From IMG/VR virus record IMGVR_UViG_3300025030_000257, positions 1-38,755 of that record: a stretch of DNA of 38,755 bases. One strand, given 5' to 3'. This document shows positions 15,798 to 24,985 of this stretch, one piece after another (the stretch's first letter is position 1; each line of letters starts with the position of its first letter). This DNA is from a virus. Lineage: Duplodnaviria; Caudoviricetes. The translations under genes were made by a program, and so were the position numbers. Below the pieces are notes generated by a model, which was not told the DNA's origin, ran no database searches, and was given only the letters and a program-made list of their open reading frames with translations.

Positions 15798-16466
15798 ATG
15801 GCCGGTGAAAACCCACAAACCACACTCCCCCCCGTTCCGCGTGAGCCGATCATAAACGCACGTGGGGGGATGTCTCAGCAATGGGAGCGGTGGATACAGC
15901 AACTGCAAAGGGTGCTGTCATTCGCTGGGGGCGTGGCGTGGGGGATCATCAATAAAGCCGGTTCGAAGTTAAGCGACATTGAGACACGCACCCATGCCAT
16001 GTTGACCGACGTACTCGGCTGGACTACCGGAACCGACACAGCGCAGGTAAAGCACATATCCAACGCCGATGGCAAGGTGTGGCAGGACCATGTCGAAGTG
16101 ATAGACGGCAACCCGCACGGAACCGACCACGACATGCTCGAAGCGATAGGGGTGCTTGACCCATCGGACACGGACGTTGTTAAGGACAAGCACCTGTCAA
16201 ATGGGCAGGCCAAGGTGTGGCAAGACCACACGGCAGATGTAACCATCCATCACACGCTTGAGGATATTCAGGACAATATTGCAAGCATGTTGACTGCAGG
16301 CAACGCTGTGACGCTGACTTACGACGATGTAGCCAACACATTGACTGTATCAGTGGCACAGACAGCGGCACACGCCAACAGCACCGCCATTGATGTACCC
16401 GGCATTGTGACAGATTTCAACGCGCTTTTAGCCAAACTGAGAACATCGGGGATATTGGCGACATGA
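15798..16466 (+). CDS. Tail needle/fibre-like protein with internal repeat
   Basis: Follows gp10. LPPVPREPII..G.MSQQWERW N-terminus, two KHxSNxxxKVWQDH repeats and C-terminal DFNALLAKLRTSGILA fibre motif. Confidence 0.65.
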   Translation: MAGENPQTTLPPVPREPIINARGGMSQQWERWIQQLQRVLSFAGGVAWGIINKAGSKLSDIETRTHAMLTDVLGWTTGTDTAQVKHISNADGKVWQDHVEVIDGNPHGTDHDMLEAIGVLDPSDTDVVKDKHLSNGQAKVWQDHTADVTIHHTLEDIQDNIASMLTAGNAVTLTYDDVANTLTVSVAQTAAHANSTAIDVPGIVTDFNALLAKLRTSGILAT

Positions 16467-17380
16467 CCGTACTCAAGCAGACCATATCACTTTGCCCGCG
16501 CTGTCTTTGCGACATTCCAGCGACCATCTACGAGATTGACGGCATGGCGGTTATGCGGAAGGTATGCCCTGAACATGGGTTATTTCACGGGATAGTCGAA
16601 AGAGATGCGTCATTTTACGGGATGGTGCAGCGAAATAACGCGAAATACTTTTACCCGGGCTTAATCATTGACGTGACCTACCGCTGCAACCTCCGCTGCA
16701 AGTGGTGTTTTCAGCACCTGGACAATTATGACGTGCCGGTCGAGCGGATAATGACTCTTGCCAGCCAAATGCCGCAGGGTGACTTGATTATCCTATCCGG
16801 TGGTGAGCCGACACTGAGAGAGGATCTCCCCGCCATTGTTCAAGCGCTGAAAGAGATGGGGTATCGCGTTTCCGTTATCACCAACGGATACAAAATTGAT
16901 TGGAATTTACCGTGTGAGTGGACGCTATCACATCACCCCGAATCGGAAGAGTTGTTCAATCAGCGGGTGGAAGAGGCCAAAGACAACGGGCATAGGTTTG
17001 CTTCGATCATCTACACCGACAACAGCCTTGATGGGTATTACCAGCATATCCAAGATGCGGCCGTAATCGGCAAAGACCTTTGCGACGTGTTCAGGATGCA
17101 CATGGCCGCGCCGGTAGGTGGCAACATTGAAGACCAGACAGCGGGAATCTTCGTTTCTGATATGTACAAGCTCCTTGTCGAGAAAGGTCACTGCATGGGG
17201 CGCATGTTCTCCCCTAAGACCATATTCTGCCCGGTGGAGATGGACTATATCAACCTCATGCTGATTTCATGGAACACCGCACAGAACGTTGACATCATGG
17301 AGAACTTTTGCGCTCCCTGGTATCACGGCAAAGGGAACAAGATCGACAACCTTGTAACGAGGATCATCCGTGATAATTGA
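16463..17380 (+). CDS. Radical SAM protein with MJ0619/GDGT-MAS(Tes)-type N-terminal metal-binding domain
   Basis: CNLRCKWC (CxxxCxxC), LSGGEPTLR and ITNG; N-terminal TISLCPRC...MRKVCPEHG. Confidence 0.85.
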   Translation: MTVLKQTISLCPRCLCDIPATIYEIDGMAVMRKVCPEHGLFHGIVERDASFYGMVQRNNAKYFYPGLIIDVTYRCNLRCKWCFQHLDNYDVPVERIMTLASQMPQGDLIILSGGEPTLREDLPAIVQALKEMGYRVSVITNGYKIDWNLPCEWTLSHHPESEELFNQRVEEAKDNGHRFASIIYTDNSLDGYYQHIQDAAVIGKDLCDVFRMHMAAPVGGNIEDQTAGIFVSDMYKLLVEKGHCMGRMFSPKTIFCPVEMDYINLMLISWNTAQNVDIMENFCAPWYHGKGNKIDNLVTRIIRDN

Positions 17381-17843
17381 CACCCCCACCATGAAAGACC
17401 TTGCCGGTCTGATGATCGAATCAAAGCCGATGTTTGATGAAATGGGCTTTGAGGAAACCGGCAATTCATGGGAGTACGATGCAATGGTGGAGTGGTGGAC
17501 CTCAGTATTGACACAGCCGAACCATGACATTGTTGTAGCACGTGAAGGAAGCCGCATCGTGGGCGTGTCAGTGGTTTATTACCCCGCTAAAGGGTTATGG
17601 CATAGGGTGAACACACAAGCCCTGGAAATGGCACATCACGCCGCACCGGACCTGCCAACGTTTCAGAGGTGCAAGATAATGATAAAGATGCTTGACGCGA
17701 TAGTGGAGAAAATCAGAGAGAGGGGGCCGCTGTATTTCAAGATTAGTTATGTTCCCAAACCAGAGTTCAAAACATGGGGCGACTATTTGAGAAAACGCGG
17801 ATTCATGGAGTCAGGGATTCAATTGGCTCAAAGGATAGGGTGA
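17370..17843 (+). CDS. GNAT-fold acyltransferase-like protein
   Basis: IVVAREGSRIVGV strand and YLRKRGF C-terminal motif; standard position before podophage ejection genes. Confidence 0.65.
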   Translation: MIIDTPTMKDLAGLMIESKPMFDEMGFEETGNSWEYDAMVEWWTSVLTQPNHDIVVAREGSRIVGVSVVYYPAKGLWHRVNTQALEMAHHAAPDLPTFQRCKIMIKMLDAIVEKIRERGPLYFKISYVPKPEFKTWGDYLRKRGFMESGIQLAQRIG

Positions 17844-17847
17844 TAGT

Positions 17848-18804
17848 ATGTGCGCAGATTTTAACCAGGCCGTAGGCTTAACAGATGATCCAGTTGACGC
17901 GATTAAGGACGGCAGCAAGAAGCAGAAGCAAGCTTCCGATGCCGATCTGCAACTACGGCGGGAACAGTTAGAATATCAGAAGTCACTATCCGACCCGTTC
18001 TTTAAAGCGTCCCTTCCGTCATATTACAGCCTTGTGGATGCTATCACGGGCAAACGCCAGAGTTACGCCGACCCGAACTATACTAAGCTATCCGCCGACG
18101 ACCTGAGAAAAGCCAATTACGACGATATAGTGTTGAGAAAGACCTCCGGCGACCCGGAGGCGATGCAGATTAAATACAAGGACATTGACACCTACCTTGG
18201 CCGGTATCGTGACAAGCAGAAATACAACGAAGCTGGCACGTATTACCGGGACGCACAAGGGAACATCACCGACCAAGCGCCGCCGATGATGCAGAGTGAA
18301 GCATTCAACCCCACCGAGACAGACGCCTACAAATGGCAGCAGTCGCAGATGGAGAAGAACACCGGGCGCACGCTTCGCAGCCTTGGCCGCGCTAATTCCA
18401 CCTACGGAATGAACGTGATGGCGGATTCAAACAAGAACCTGGCCGCGAGTGAGTACGATAAACAACTCTCGAGACTTGCCGACCTGACCAACATCGCACG
18501 TGGTGGATCTTCTTCACTCGCTTCCGCTTCCGCTGGATTCTCAACCGGAGCCGGTAATAACCTCACAAATCAGGGCAACAACGCCGCCAACGCATCCCTT
18601 GGTATCGGTATGGCGAATCAGAACAAGATGTACAACAGCCAGCAGTCAATGAACAGCCTGGCTAACTTGGGGCTGAAAATTTACGACATAAACAAGAACA
18701 GCGGTGGAGATACCAGCGGATGGGGTAGCTACAACGGCACTGTTGACAATTACGATGCAAACACAACCTATGCCGGTGACTCTGCCGGACCGTGGGCAGG
18801 GTAA
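17848..18804 (+). CDS. DNA ejection protein (P22 gp7-like)
   Basis: Met-Cys start; AYKWQQSQ...LAASEYDKQLSRLA..G; G/S/N/A-rich. Confidence 0.75.
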   Translation: MCADFNQAVGLTDDPVDAIKDGSKKQKQASDADLQLRREQLEYQKSLSDPFFKASLPSYYSLVDAITGKRQSYADPNYTKLSADDLRKANYDDIVLRKTSGDPEAMQIKYKDIDTYLGRYRDKQKYNEAGTYYRDAQGNITDQAPPMMQSEAFNPTETDAYKWQQSQMEKNTGRTLRSLGRANSTYGMNVMADSNKNLAASEYDKQLSRLADLTNIARGGSSSLASASAGFSTGAGNNLTNQGNNAANASLGIGMANQNKMYNSQQSMNSLANLGLKIYDINKNSGGDTSGWGSYNGTVDNYDANTTYAGDSAGPWAG

Positions 18805-18813
18805 GGGGGCATT

Positions 18814-20229
18814 ATGGCTGAACCAAATTACATGGCTTATGCCCAATACATGGGCGCACGTAACCCGATGGCCGAGGGTATGGACCAGATCAGCGGCACG
18901 CTCTCCGATATCCAAAAACGCGGAGTCGAGCGGGAAGACCGGACGCGGCGGAACTCGCTGGCGGATTTGCAGATGCGACGTGGTGAGATGGAGATGCAGG
19001 GCGCAGAAGCGCAGTTACAGGACCAGCAGGCGCAACAGGGGGCGAGACAGTCGCTTTACGGTGTCAATAACCCACAAGACGCTTACCTGGCTGAAATGAA
19101 AGCCACGCAGGAAGCCGCCAAGAAGAAGCAACGGGCTGAAATGTCTGCCAAGCATCTTGATAGCATCAAGACGTATAAATCCCTGGGGATGCGTCCTGAA
19201 TTTCTGACCGAGTACACCAAAGCGGAAATGATGAAAGACCCGGAGCTTGCACCGATGGCTCAATATGTATCCTTTGCCGATGATACCAAAATGGAGATTA
19301 CCAAACCATTCAAGGACGGTGAGTTGCGTAATCCGATGAACCCGCAAGAGTTCTTGCCGGCCGGCACGTACAAAGTAATAGGGACGGCAACGGGCAACCC
19401 AGAACAGCCGTACCAGTTCAACAAGATTGAGCCGGTGGAGCAGAAAGCAGAATACAAGTTCCGCGAATACAACACCGGAAACACCACTGTGGCCGAAGAG
19501 TCACAGGACGGCGGTAGAACTTGGAAGAAGGTAAGTAGCGCACCGAGGTACAAGCCTGCTTCTGGTGGCAATGGTGACATGGGCGATGACGTAGAAGCAT
19601 GGGGTAGAGCGATACAGGAAGGCCGCGCTAATCTCCAAGATGTGCCAAATAGAGGCACAGTCAGAAGCAGCGTTATCAAGTGGGTAGAAAAGAACGGTGG
19701 GGCTGATTACGCCGGTTCACGCGCTGAAAACTCTGCTTACTCTTCATCGCTGACACAACAGCAAAAACAGCTAGGTTCGATGGGCTCTTTTGTTAAAAAC
19801 CTCAACGCACAAATTGACCGTGTGGGGCAAATTGGAGCAGAACTTTACACCGCCGACGCAAGGTTGATGAACGTACCTATCCGCAAATTCCGACAGATGA
19901 TAGCGGGTTCTCCGCAACAGTCCATATACGACATGTACATCACGGAAATCGAAAACGAGATCGGCAAACTTTCAACTGGATCGACTGCCAGCGTCGCAGA
20001 ACTTTCAGTGGGCGCTCAAGAGAAATGGGCCAAGATTCACGACAAAAACCTGTCCGTCAATGACATGTTGAAAATCCTTAAAGAGACTAAACATGCCGGG
20101 GATATGCGGATTAAATCAGTGAAGGAGCAGATAGAAGATACCCGCAATGACCGCAAGGGCAGAATAGGCAATAAAGGCGGCAATCCTGCACCTCCCAAAG
20201 GCAAACAAGACCCACTCGGAATACTCTAG
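18814..20229 (+). CDS. DNA ejection protein (gp20-like)
   Basis: Q/A-rich helical protein ending DPLGIL; second gene of the ejection trio. Confidence 0.7.
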   Translation: MAEPNYMAYAQYMGARNPMAEGMDQISGTLSDIQKRGVEREDRTRRNSLADLQMRRGEMEMQGAEAQLQDQQAQQGARQSLYGVNNPQDAYLAEMKATQEAAKKKQRAEMSAKHLDSIKTYKSLGMRPEFLTEYTKAEMMKDPELAPMAQYVSFADDTKMEITKPFKDGELRNPMNPQEFLPAGTYKVIGTATGNPEQPYQFNKIEPVEQKAEYKFREYNTGNTTVAEESQDGGRTWKKVSSAPRYKPASGGNGDMGDDVEAWGRAIQEGRANLQDVPNRGTVRSSVIKWVEKNGGADYAGSRAENSAYSSSLTQQQKQLGSMGSFVKNLNAQIDRVGQIGAELYTADARLMNVPIRKFRQMIAGSPQQSIYDMYITEIENEIGKLSTGSTASVAELSVGAQEKWAKIHDKNLSVNDMLKILKETKHAGDMRIKSVKEQIEDTRNDRKGRIGNKGGNPAPPKGKQDPLGIL

Positions 20230-20237
20230 GGGATATC

Positions 20238-22094
20238 ATGGGCGAACTTGCATCTAAAATAAGGGCGAAGTATCCCGGCGCTTACGATTCATTACCCGAT
20301 GGGGAATTGGAATCAAAGATCATTGCCAAGTACCCGGGAGTGTATGACCATTTGGCAGGTGGGACTGACAAACCCGCCGCACCGCAACAAACGCCACAGG
20401 AGTACACAAAACAACTCGTCAATGATCCCAAATACCGCGCTGGCATGGCGCAATTCATCCGCTCACAGGGCAAGCGGGACTTGAAGCAGGAAGCTGTCAG
20501 ACGCTTGCCTCTCGCGGGGCGTGTCGCTGATGCCGCCTTGGGTAAGTATGCCGACCCGGTGTATGCCGAGCGTACCGTGGATGAAACATTGGGGCCACAG
20601 GTAAGCCCAACCACGGGCGGGGCGATGCTGTCCGGTATCAACCGCGTTATCAATAATCCCGACAAGTCACTTACTAACCTAGCCTACGCCATGCCGGAAC
20701 TGGCAAAAGGGGCGTACAGTGCCGCTACGAGTCCAGAACAGGGGAGCGTGGGGCGCTTTGTGGGGGAGAACGTCAAGGGGATGCTGGCACCCACGGGGCT
20801 TGTTGACCTGGCAAAAGGGAATATGGATATGCCCGCCGCCCGTGAAGCGTGGGAAAACGATGCGCTCGGCTCGGGGCTAATGGCGTTCGGGGGTATGGCA
20901 GCTAAAAAGTCTCTGCGCGACCTTGCATCAGCAGGAGTGGAGAAAGTCGGGCTTACCCCTGAGAAGCTTTACGCCAGTTCAATCAAGCAGAGTACCGTCA
21001 TACCGATGGCACAGAGAGCCGCCAACGTCAAGGCAGGTCTTGAAGGCGGATATGTTCCCAACAAGAAGGGACTCGGCAGACTGTACGACAACATCAACGA
21101 CCTTAACAGCCAGATCGGGCAGAAGATAAAAGAATCCACGCAAGGCGGCAAGATGATTAACGTGGAGGATATCGTTAGCCGTTTGGATGATGTGAAACAG
21201 CGGGCGATTGACTCCTTTGGTGACAACAACAACGTACTTGCCAAGATCGACGACTTTGCCGCTTCATTACGCGACCACCCCTCAGTGGTAAACGGGCAGA
21301 TACCGGTAGACGTTGCACAGACCATGAAGGTCAACACATATAAGCAACTTAAAAATGCATACGGTGAACTGAAAGGGTTTGAGGTCGAAGCAAAGAAAGC
21401 CATGGCCAGAGGCGCCAAGGAAGAGATTGTCAACCAGATACCAGAACTTGCCGAACTGAACGCGAAAGACTCCACCCTTATCAATCTGGAAAAGGTGTTG
21501 TTTAAGGCCGTAAACCGCATAGAGAACCGGGACATGGTAGGCATAGGTGTACCAATAAAAATGGCGACAGGGGCGATGGGTGGGCCAAAAGGGGCCATTG
21601 TGGGCGCACTGGTAGGGCTTATTGATACTCCCGCCATTAAAGCCAATCTTGCCATTGCTATGCACAAGGCGAGAGGTCGAGCAGTTCCGAAGGCTGAACT
21701 TAACAACAGGCTCGGAGCAATAAAAGCGACTTTACAGTCCAAACTTGATGAATTGAGGAAGGCGGGGGCAGTGCCGAAGCTACAAGAAGAGTACGGGGCG
21801 ATCAAGGGTGATGCATCAAATCTCCCGGCAGTAAGGCCCGCTATAGAGGGTGAATATATCCCCCCTGTCCGTACTCAGGATTTCAGACCGCAACGCCAGC
21901 CGGCAACAGTGGATATGGAGCGTCCGGTTGCCGGTCTTCTTCCGAACCGTCAGAAACAATTGCCGTCGTCACGGACATTTATAGCAGGGGAACGGGGCGG
22001 GGTGTATGACCCAAGCGCCATGAAACAATCGGGGATGACGCCGAGAGAAATAGCCGCAGCAAGGAGAAGGATCAAGGGTAGGAAAGGTCAGTAA
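20238..22094 (+). CDS. DNA ejection protein (gp16-like)
   Basis: Duplicated IxAKYPGxYD N-terminus, Gly/Ala-rich hydrophobic segments; third gene of the trio. Confidence 0.7.
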   Translation: MGELASKIRAKYPGAYDSLPDGELESKIIAKYPGVYDHLAGGTDKPAAPQQTPQEYTKQLVNDPKYRAGMAQFIRSQGKRDLKQEAVRRLPLAGRVADAALGKYADPVYAERTVDETLGPQVSPTTGGAMLSGINRVINNPDKSLTNLAYAMPELAKGAYSAATSPEQGSVGRFVGENVKGMLAPTGLVDLAKGNMDMPAAREAWENDALGSGLMAFGGMAAKKSLRDLASAGVEKVGLTPEKLYASSIKQSTVIPMAQRAANVKAGLEGGYVPNKKGLGRLYDNINDLNSQIGQKIKESTQGGKMINVEDIVSRLDDVKQRAIDSFGDNNNVLAKIDDFAASLRDHPSVVNGQIPVDVAQTMKVNTYKQLKNAYGELKGFEVEAKKAMARGAKEEIVNQIPELAELNAKDSTLINLEKVLFKAVNRIENRDMVGIGVPIKMATGAMGGPKGAIVGALVGLIDTPAIKANLAIAMHKARGRAVPKAELNNRLGAIKATLQSKLDELRKAGAVPKLQEEYGAIKGDASNLPAVRPAIEGEYIPPVRTQDFRPQRQPATVDMERPVAGLLPNRQKQLPSSRTFIAGERGGVYDPSAMKQSGMTPREIAAARRRIKGRKGQ

Positions 22095-22161
22095 ACCCGC
22101 AGCCATAGGTAAGCAGGCACAAGAATATACCCAAGATGAGCAACATCAATAATTGTTCCAT
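22072..22161 (-). CDS. 29-aa hydrophobic membrane peptide (not in ORF track)
   Basis: MEQLLMLLILGIFLCLLTYGCGFTDLSYP; AAAGGA RBS; upstream TTGTGC-N17-TACTCT with TG (22186-22214). Confidence 0.55.
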   Translation of the reverse strand: MEQLLMLLILGIFLCLLTYGCGFTDLSYP

Positions 22162-22229
22162 TATTCCTTTTGACCACATTTACAAAGAGTACCACCGCAT
22201 CACATCACGCACAAGAAAGGAACGAGGCC

Positions 22230-22316
22230 ATGATGAGCAGAAAAGGGATTATGAAGCCGATGAGCAGCGCAAAACCAAAGCCGCCTGTCAAAAAGGGCGG
22301 GAAGAAGTCCTGCTGA
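22230..22316 (+). CDS. 28-aa basic peptide
   Basis: MMSRKGIMKPMSSAKPKPPVKKGGKKSC; GAGG RBS; TGATG coupling to the next gene. Confidence 0.5.
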   Translation: MMSRKGIMKPMSSAKPKPPVKKGGKKSC

Positions 22317-22624
22317 TGCCCGCGCCCGCAATGGAGATGATAGTACAACCGGACATTATCACAGCCGCTATCAAGTTACTTGCGGGCGCAGTAATCACGC
22401 TCGGTGGCATGTTGGTGGCCGGTGGTCGATGGGTGGCCATGTATCTTGCCAAGCAGATGAACCAGCGCATGGACGGTATGGAGGGCAAACTAGGCAGGCT
22501 GGCTGACGGGATGGAGAGTTTAGCACTTACCACGTCAAACCAGATAACTAAAATTGAGACACGGTGTGATGAACGCCATGCTAACCACAGACGCAATGAT
22601 GATGATAGGGGGCAACATGTTTAA
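22316..22624 (+). CDS. Single-TM coiled-coil protein, possible holin
   Basis: TM segment IITAAIKLLAGAVITLGGMLVAGGRWV followed by a heptad region. Confidence 0.5.
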   Translation: MPAPAMEMIVQPDIITAAIKLLAGAVITLGGMLVAGGRWVAMYLAKQMNQRMDGMEGKLGRLADGMESLALTTSNQITKIETRCDERHANHRRNDDDRGQHV

Positions 22625-24761
22625 CCGACTGATACTTTTACTCGTACTGTTTACACTGACCGCGTGCGGCGACGCTACCGCAGCCAGCAAGGGTCAAGTA
22701 TTTGACGCGCTGTTAGTGTCCCAACGTGCCGGGGGCGTTACCCTTGCCGGTGGGAAGGCATATTTCTATGTGCCGGGGACCACGACCTACAAGGCGATTT
22801 ACGCGGACCGGAATAAGACCACTCCCGCCGCCAATCCCTATACGTTATCCGCAGACGGTACGGCGATGGTTTACGGGGATGGTTTATACGACGTGAAGAT
22901 CACTAATTCTGCAGGGGTTCAGAAATTCCTATGGGAGGATGTGCAGCTACGGGACGCGCTCTCAACTTTTATCGAGGTATCTACCTACGCGGAACTGTTA
23001 GCATCTGTAACGTCAGCAGACGCGGCAGGCGGGACAGTGCGAGTCACAGCCCCTATTGTCGTTACCAGCGCAATATCATGGCCGTCTGACAGGGCGATAG
23101 AGTTTTCCCCTGGTGGATATGTCACCTTCACGGGATCAGGTGCATTGACCGGCCTGAAGGAGGCGCGGCCTGAGTGGTTCGCGGTCAACACAACTCCCGG
23201 AACGACAGATATGTCTGGAGCCTGGACGAAGGCTATCGCCGCTGTTTCTGGAAGCAGTGCCCACGTCGGGACAGTGTTGGCGCAAGGCCGATACGGGATT
23301 GCGTCATCTATCGACGGATCAGGCAAGAATAATTATACCATTCGAGGCGTTCCTGCCGGCACCCCCTACGGTGGCGGTGAGGCGGCGAGCGCCTACGCCG
23401 GGACCGTGATCGTTCCCGCTGCGGGATGGGCCGCCGATACGCCTGTAATCAATATGCGGCAGTCGAAAAACTCGCATGTTTACGATGTCGGTATATTGAT
23501 GGCAAACGGCGGGAACGGATACGGTATTGCCCTGGGTAACACATCAGGGACCGACACCTACCCCAACCACAATATAGAGCGTGTTGCGGTTTTCGGGGGC
23601 CAGAGGGGCATCAGTGCGAGGTATGCGGGGCTCATAAAAGCGACCGGCAATAATATTTCAAATGCCTCGGAGCAGGGCGTTTACTCCGAGGTTTCAGGGG
23701 ATTCTGACTATGACGGAAACTACATACAAAATACCAATGTAAGTTACATCGGGGACACCCTATCGACGGGCGCTGCCATGTATTTTGTGGACGGTGGCGG
23801 CGGCGTAAGCATCAGGGGCGGGAAAATTGAGTACAACGCCAAAGGGATTGTTTTTGCAAAAAACTCAAGTCGGACACGGGTGACAGGGGTGGAGTTCGAC
23901 GCTAATAGATTTTTCCATATCGCGTCCATGTCCACAGGCACAGGCACGATCGACTTCAACAATACCATTGTCGGCAACTCGTTTAGTGGAGGCGGTACCG
24001 TTGAGGATAGTAGCGGAATCGGCAAAGCGTCCATTGTCGTGGGTCATTACGGCACAGTGTCTTCGATAATGTCCCGAGGCACAGTAACGGGGAACAGTTT
24101 TACTCAAAATTCAGACGGGCTCATAAATCCAGAGGATGGCACGGGGGTTAACCCTGGACCCACTACGGCGGCGATTAAGCTACTCAAAGGGGGCGCTGTA
24201 ACGGGCAGCATGTACTGGCAAGTTTCAGGAAACATGATGGCTGTGTCCTCCCTGCTATACAACATATACGCTGATGGCCCTTCAATCTACGTGAAGAGTG
24301 GTGACTTTAGCAATCTAGCAAACTACAGCGCAAATGGTGCCTCAATCCGAAACTACCAGTTAGAGCCTGTGTGGAGCAACTTCGCCTTTGATGCAGCAAA
24401 TTTTAGTGCTAGCACTGGTAATCACTGGACGGTGGCATCGGGAGACCAGAAACATATCCGTTACACGGTTTCGGGGAAAGTTATGACGCTGACCTTCTCC
24501 ATATTTACTACAACCGTTTCCAATGCCCCCACGTATCTAACTCTCAAAGTGCCAGGGGGCTATACGGTTGAGTCCCAAGCTGACAGCTTTTATAGCCATG
24601 TATTCATTCGGAATGGCGGGGCTACCCAATCGGGAGTGGCTTTTGCAACCCAAGCCGGTACTACGATACGGTTTTACAAAGACCCTTCCTTTACCACTGC
24701 ATATACTAATGAAACCGATCTGACCGGGGTTTTTGGGACGATTACATTTCCTATCCAGTAA
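22617..24761 (+). CDS. Tailspike (particle-binding domain + beta-helix) with N-terminal lipoprotein signal peptide
   Basis: AGGGGG RBS; MFNRLILLLVLFTLTA-C; LAGGKAYFYVPGTTTYKAIYAD...ANPYTLSADG head-binding domain; RPEWF..TTDMSGAWTKAI; beta-helix repeats. Confidence 0.85.
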   Translation: MFNRLILLLVLFTLTACGDATAASKGQVFDALLVSQRAGGVTLAGGKAYFYVPGTTTYKAIYADRNKTTPAANPYTLSADGTAMVYGDGLYDVKITNSAGVQKFLWEDVQLRDALSTFIEVSTYAELLASVTSADAAGGTVRVTAPIVVTSAISWPSDRAIEFSPGGYVTFTGSGALTGLKEARPEWFAVNTTPGTTDMSGAWTKAIAAVSGSSAHVGTVLAQGRYGIASSIDGSGKNNYTIRGVPAGTPYGGGEAASAYAGTVIVPAAGWAADTPVINMRQSKNSHVYDVGILMANGGNGYGIALGNTSGTDTYPNHNIERVAVFGGQRGISARYAGLIKATGNNISNASEQGVYSEVSGDSDYDGNYIQNTNVSYIGDTLSTGAAMYFVDGGGGVSIRGGKIEYNAKGIVFAKNSSRTRVTGVEFDANRFFHIASMSTGTGTIDFNNTIVGNSFSGGGTVEDSSGIGKASIVVGHYGTVSSIMSRGTVTGNSFTQNSDGLINPEDGTGVNPGPTTAAIKLLKGGAVTGSMYWQVSGNMMAVSSLLYNIYADGPSIYVKSGDFSNLANYSANGASIRNYQLEPVWSNFAFDAANFSASTGNHWTVASGDQKHIRYTVSGKVMTLTFSIFTTTVSNAPTYLTLKVPGGYTVESQADSFYSHVFIRNGGATQSGVAFATQAGTTIRFYKDPSFTTAYTNETDLTGVFGTITFPIQ

Positions 24762-24779
24762 AGAGTGGTGAGGGTGAGC

Positions 24780-24881
24780 ATGATCAAAATCGACCAATTC
24801 ATAAAATTATTCCCAAACGCCAAAACCCCCGCTGCATGGGTGGAGGCGCTTAATAAAAAACTCGAAAGGGCGGGGATTTAA
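24780..24881 (+). pseudogene. Remnant N-terminus of a GH19-type endolysin
   Basis: MIKIDQFIKLFPNAKTPAAWVEALNKKLERAGI then stop; resembles the first helices of phage GH19 lysins, which normally continue I-N/T-T...AAFLAQ. Confidence 0.55.
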
Positions 24882-24883
24882 TC

Positions 24884-24985
24884 ATGACGACTCCACTAAA
24901 GAAATGTCCGGTGTATGGCTACGTGCTAATCACGTTTGCGTGTAATGAATGCCCACAGAAGGATTATGCAGAGAGGAATAAATGA
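24884..24985 (+). CDS. 33-aa Cys-containing peptide
   Basis: MTTPLKKCPVYGYVLITFACNECPQKDYAERNK; ATGA coupling with the endolysin. Confidence 0.4.
   Translation: MTTPLKKCPVYGYVLITFACNECPQKDYAERNK

Noticed and set aside
20969-21805. 278-aa minus-strand ORF
   Set aside because: Antisense shadow of the ejection protein gene; no recognisable motifs or RBS.
22554-22616. Longer N-terminus of the tailspike given by the ORF track
   Set aside because: Overlaps the upstream gene; the good RBS (AGGGGG) points to ATG 22617.
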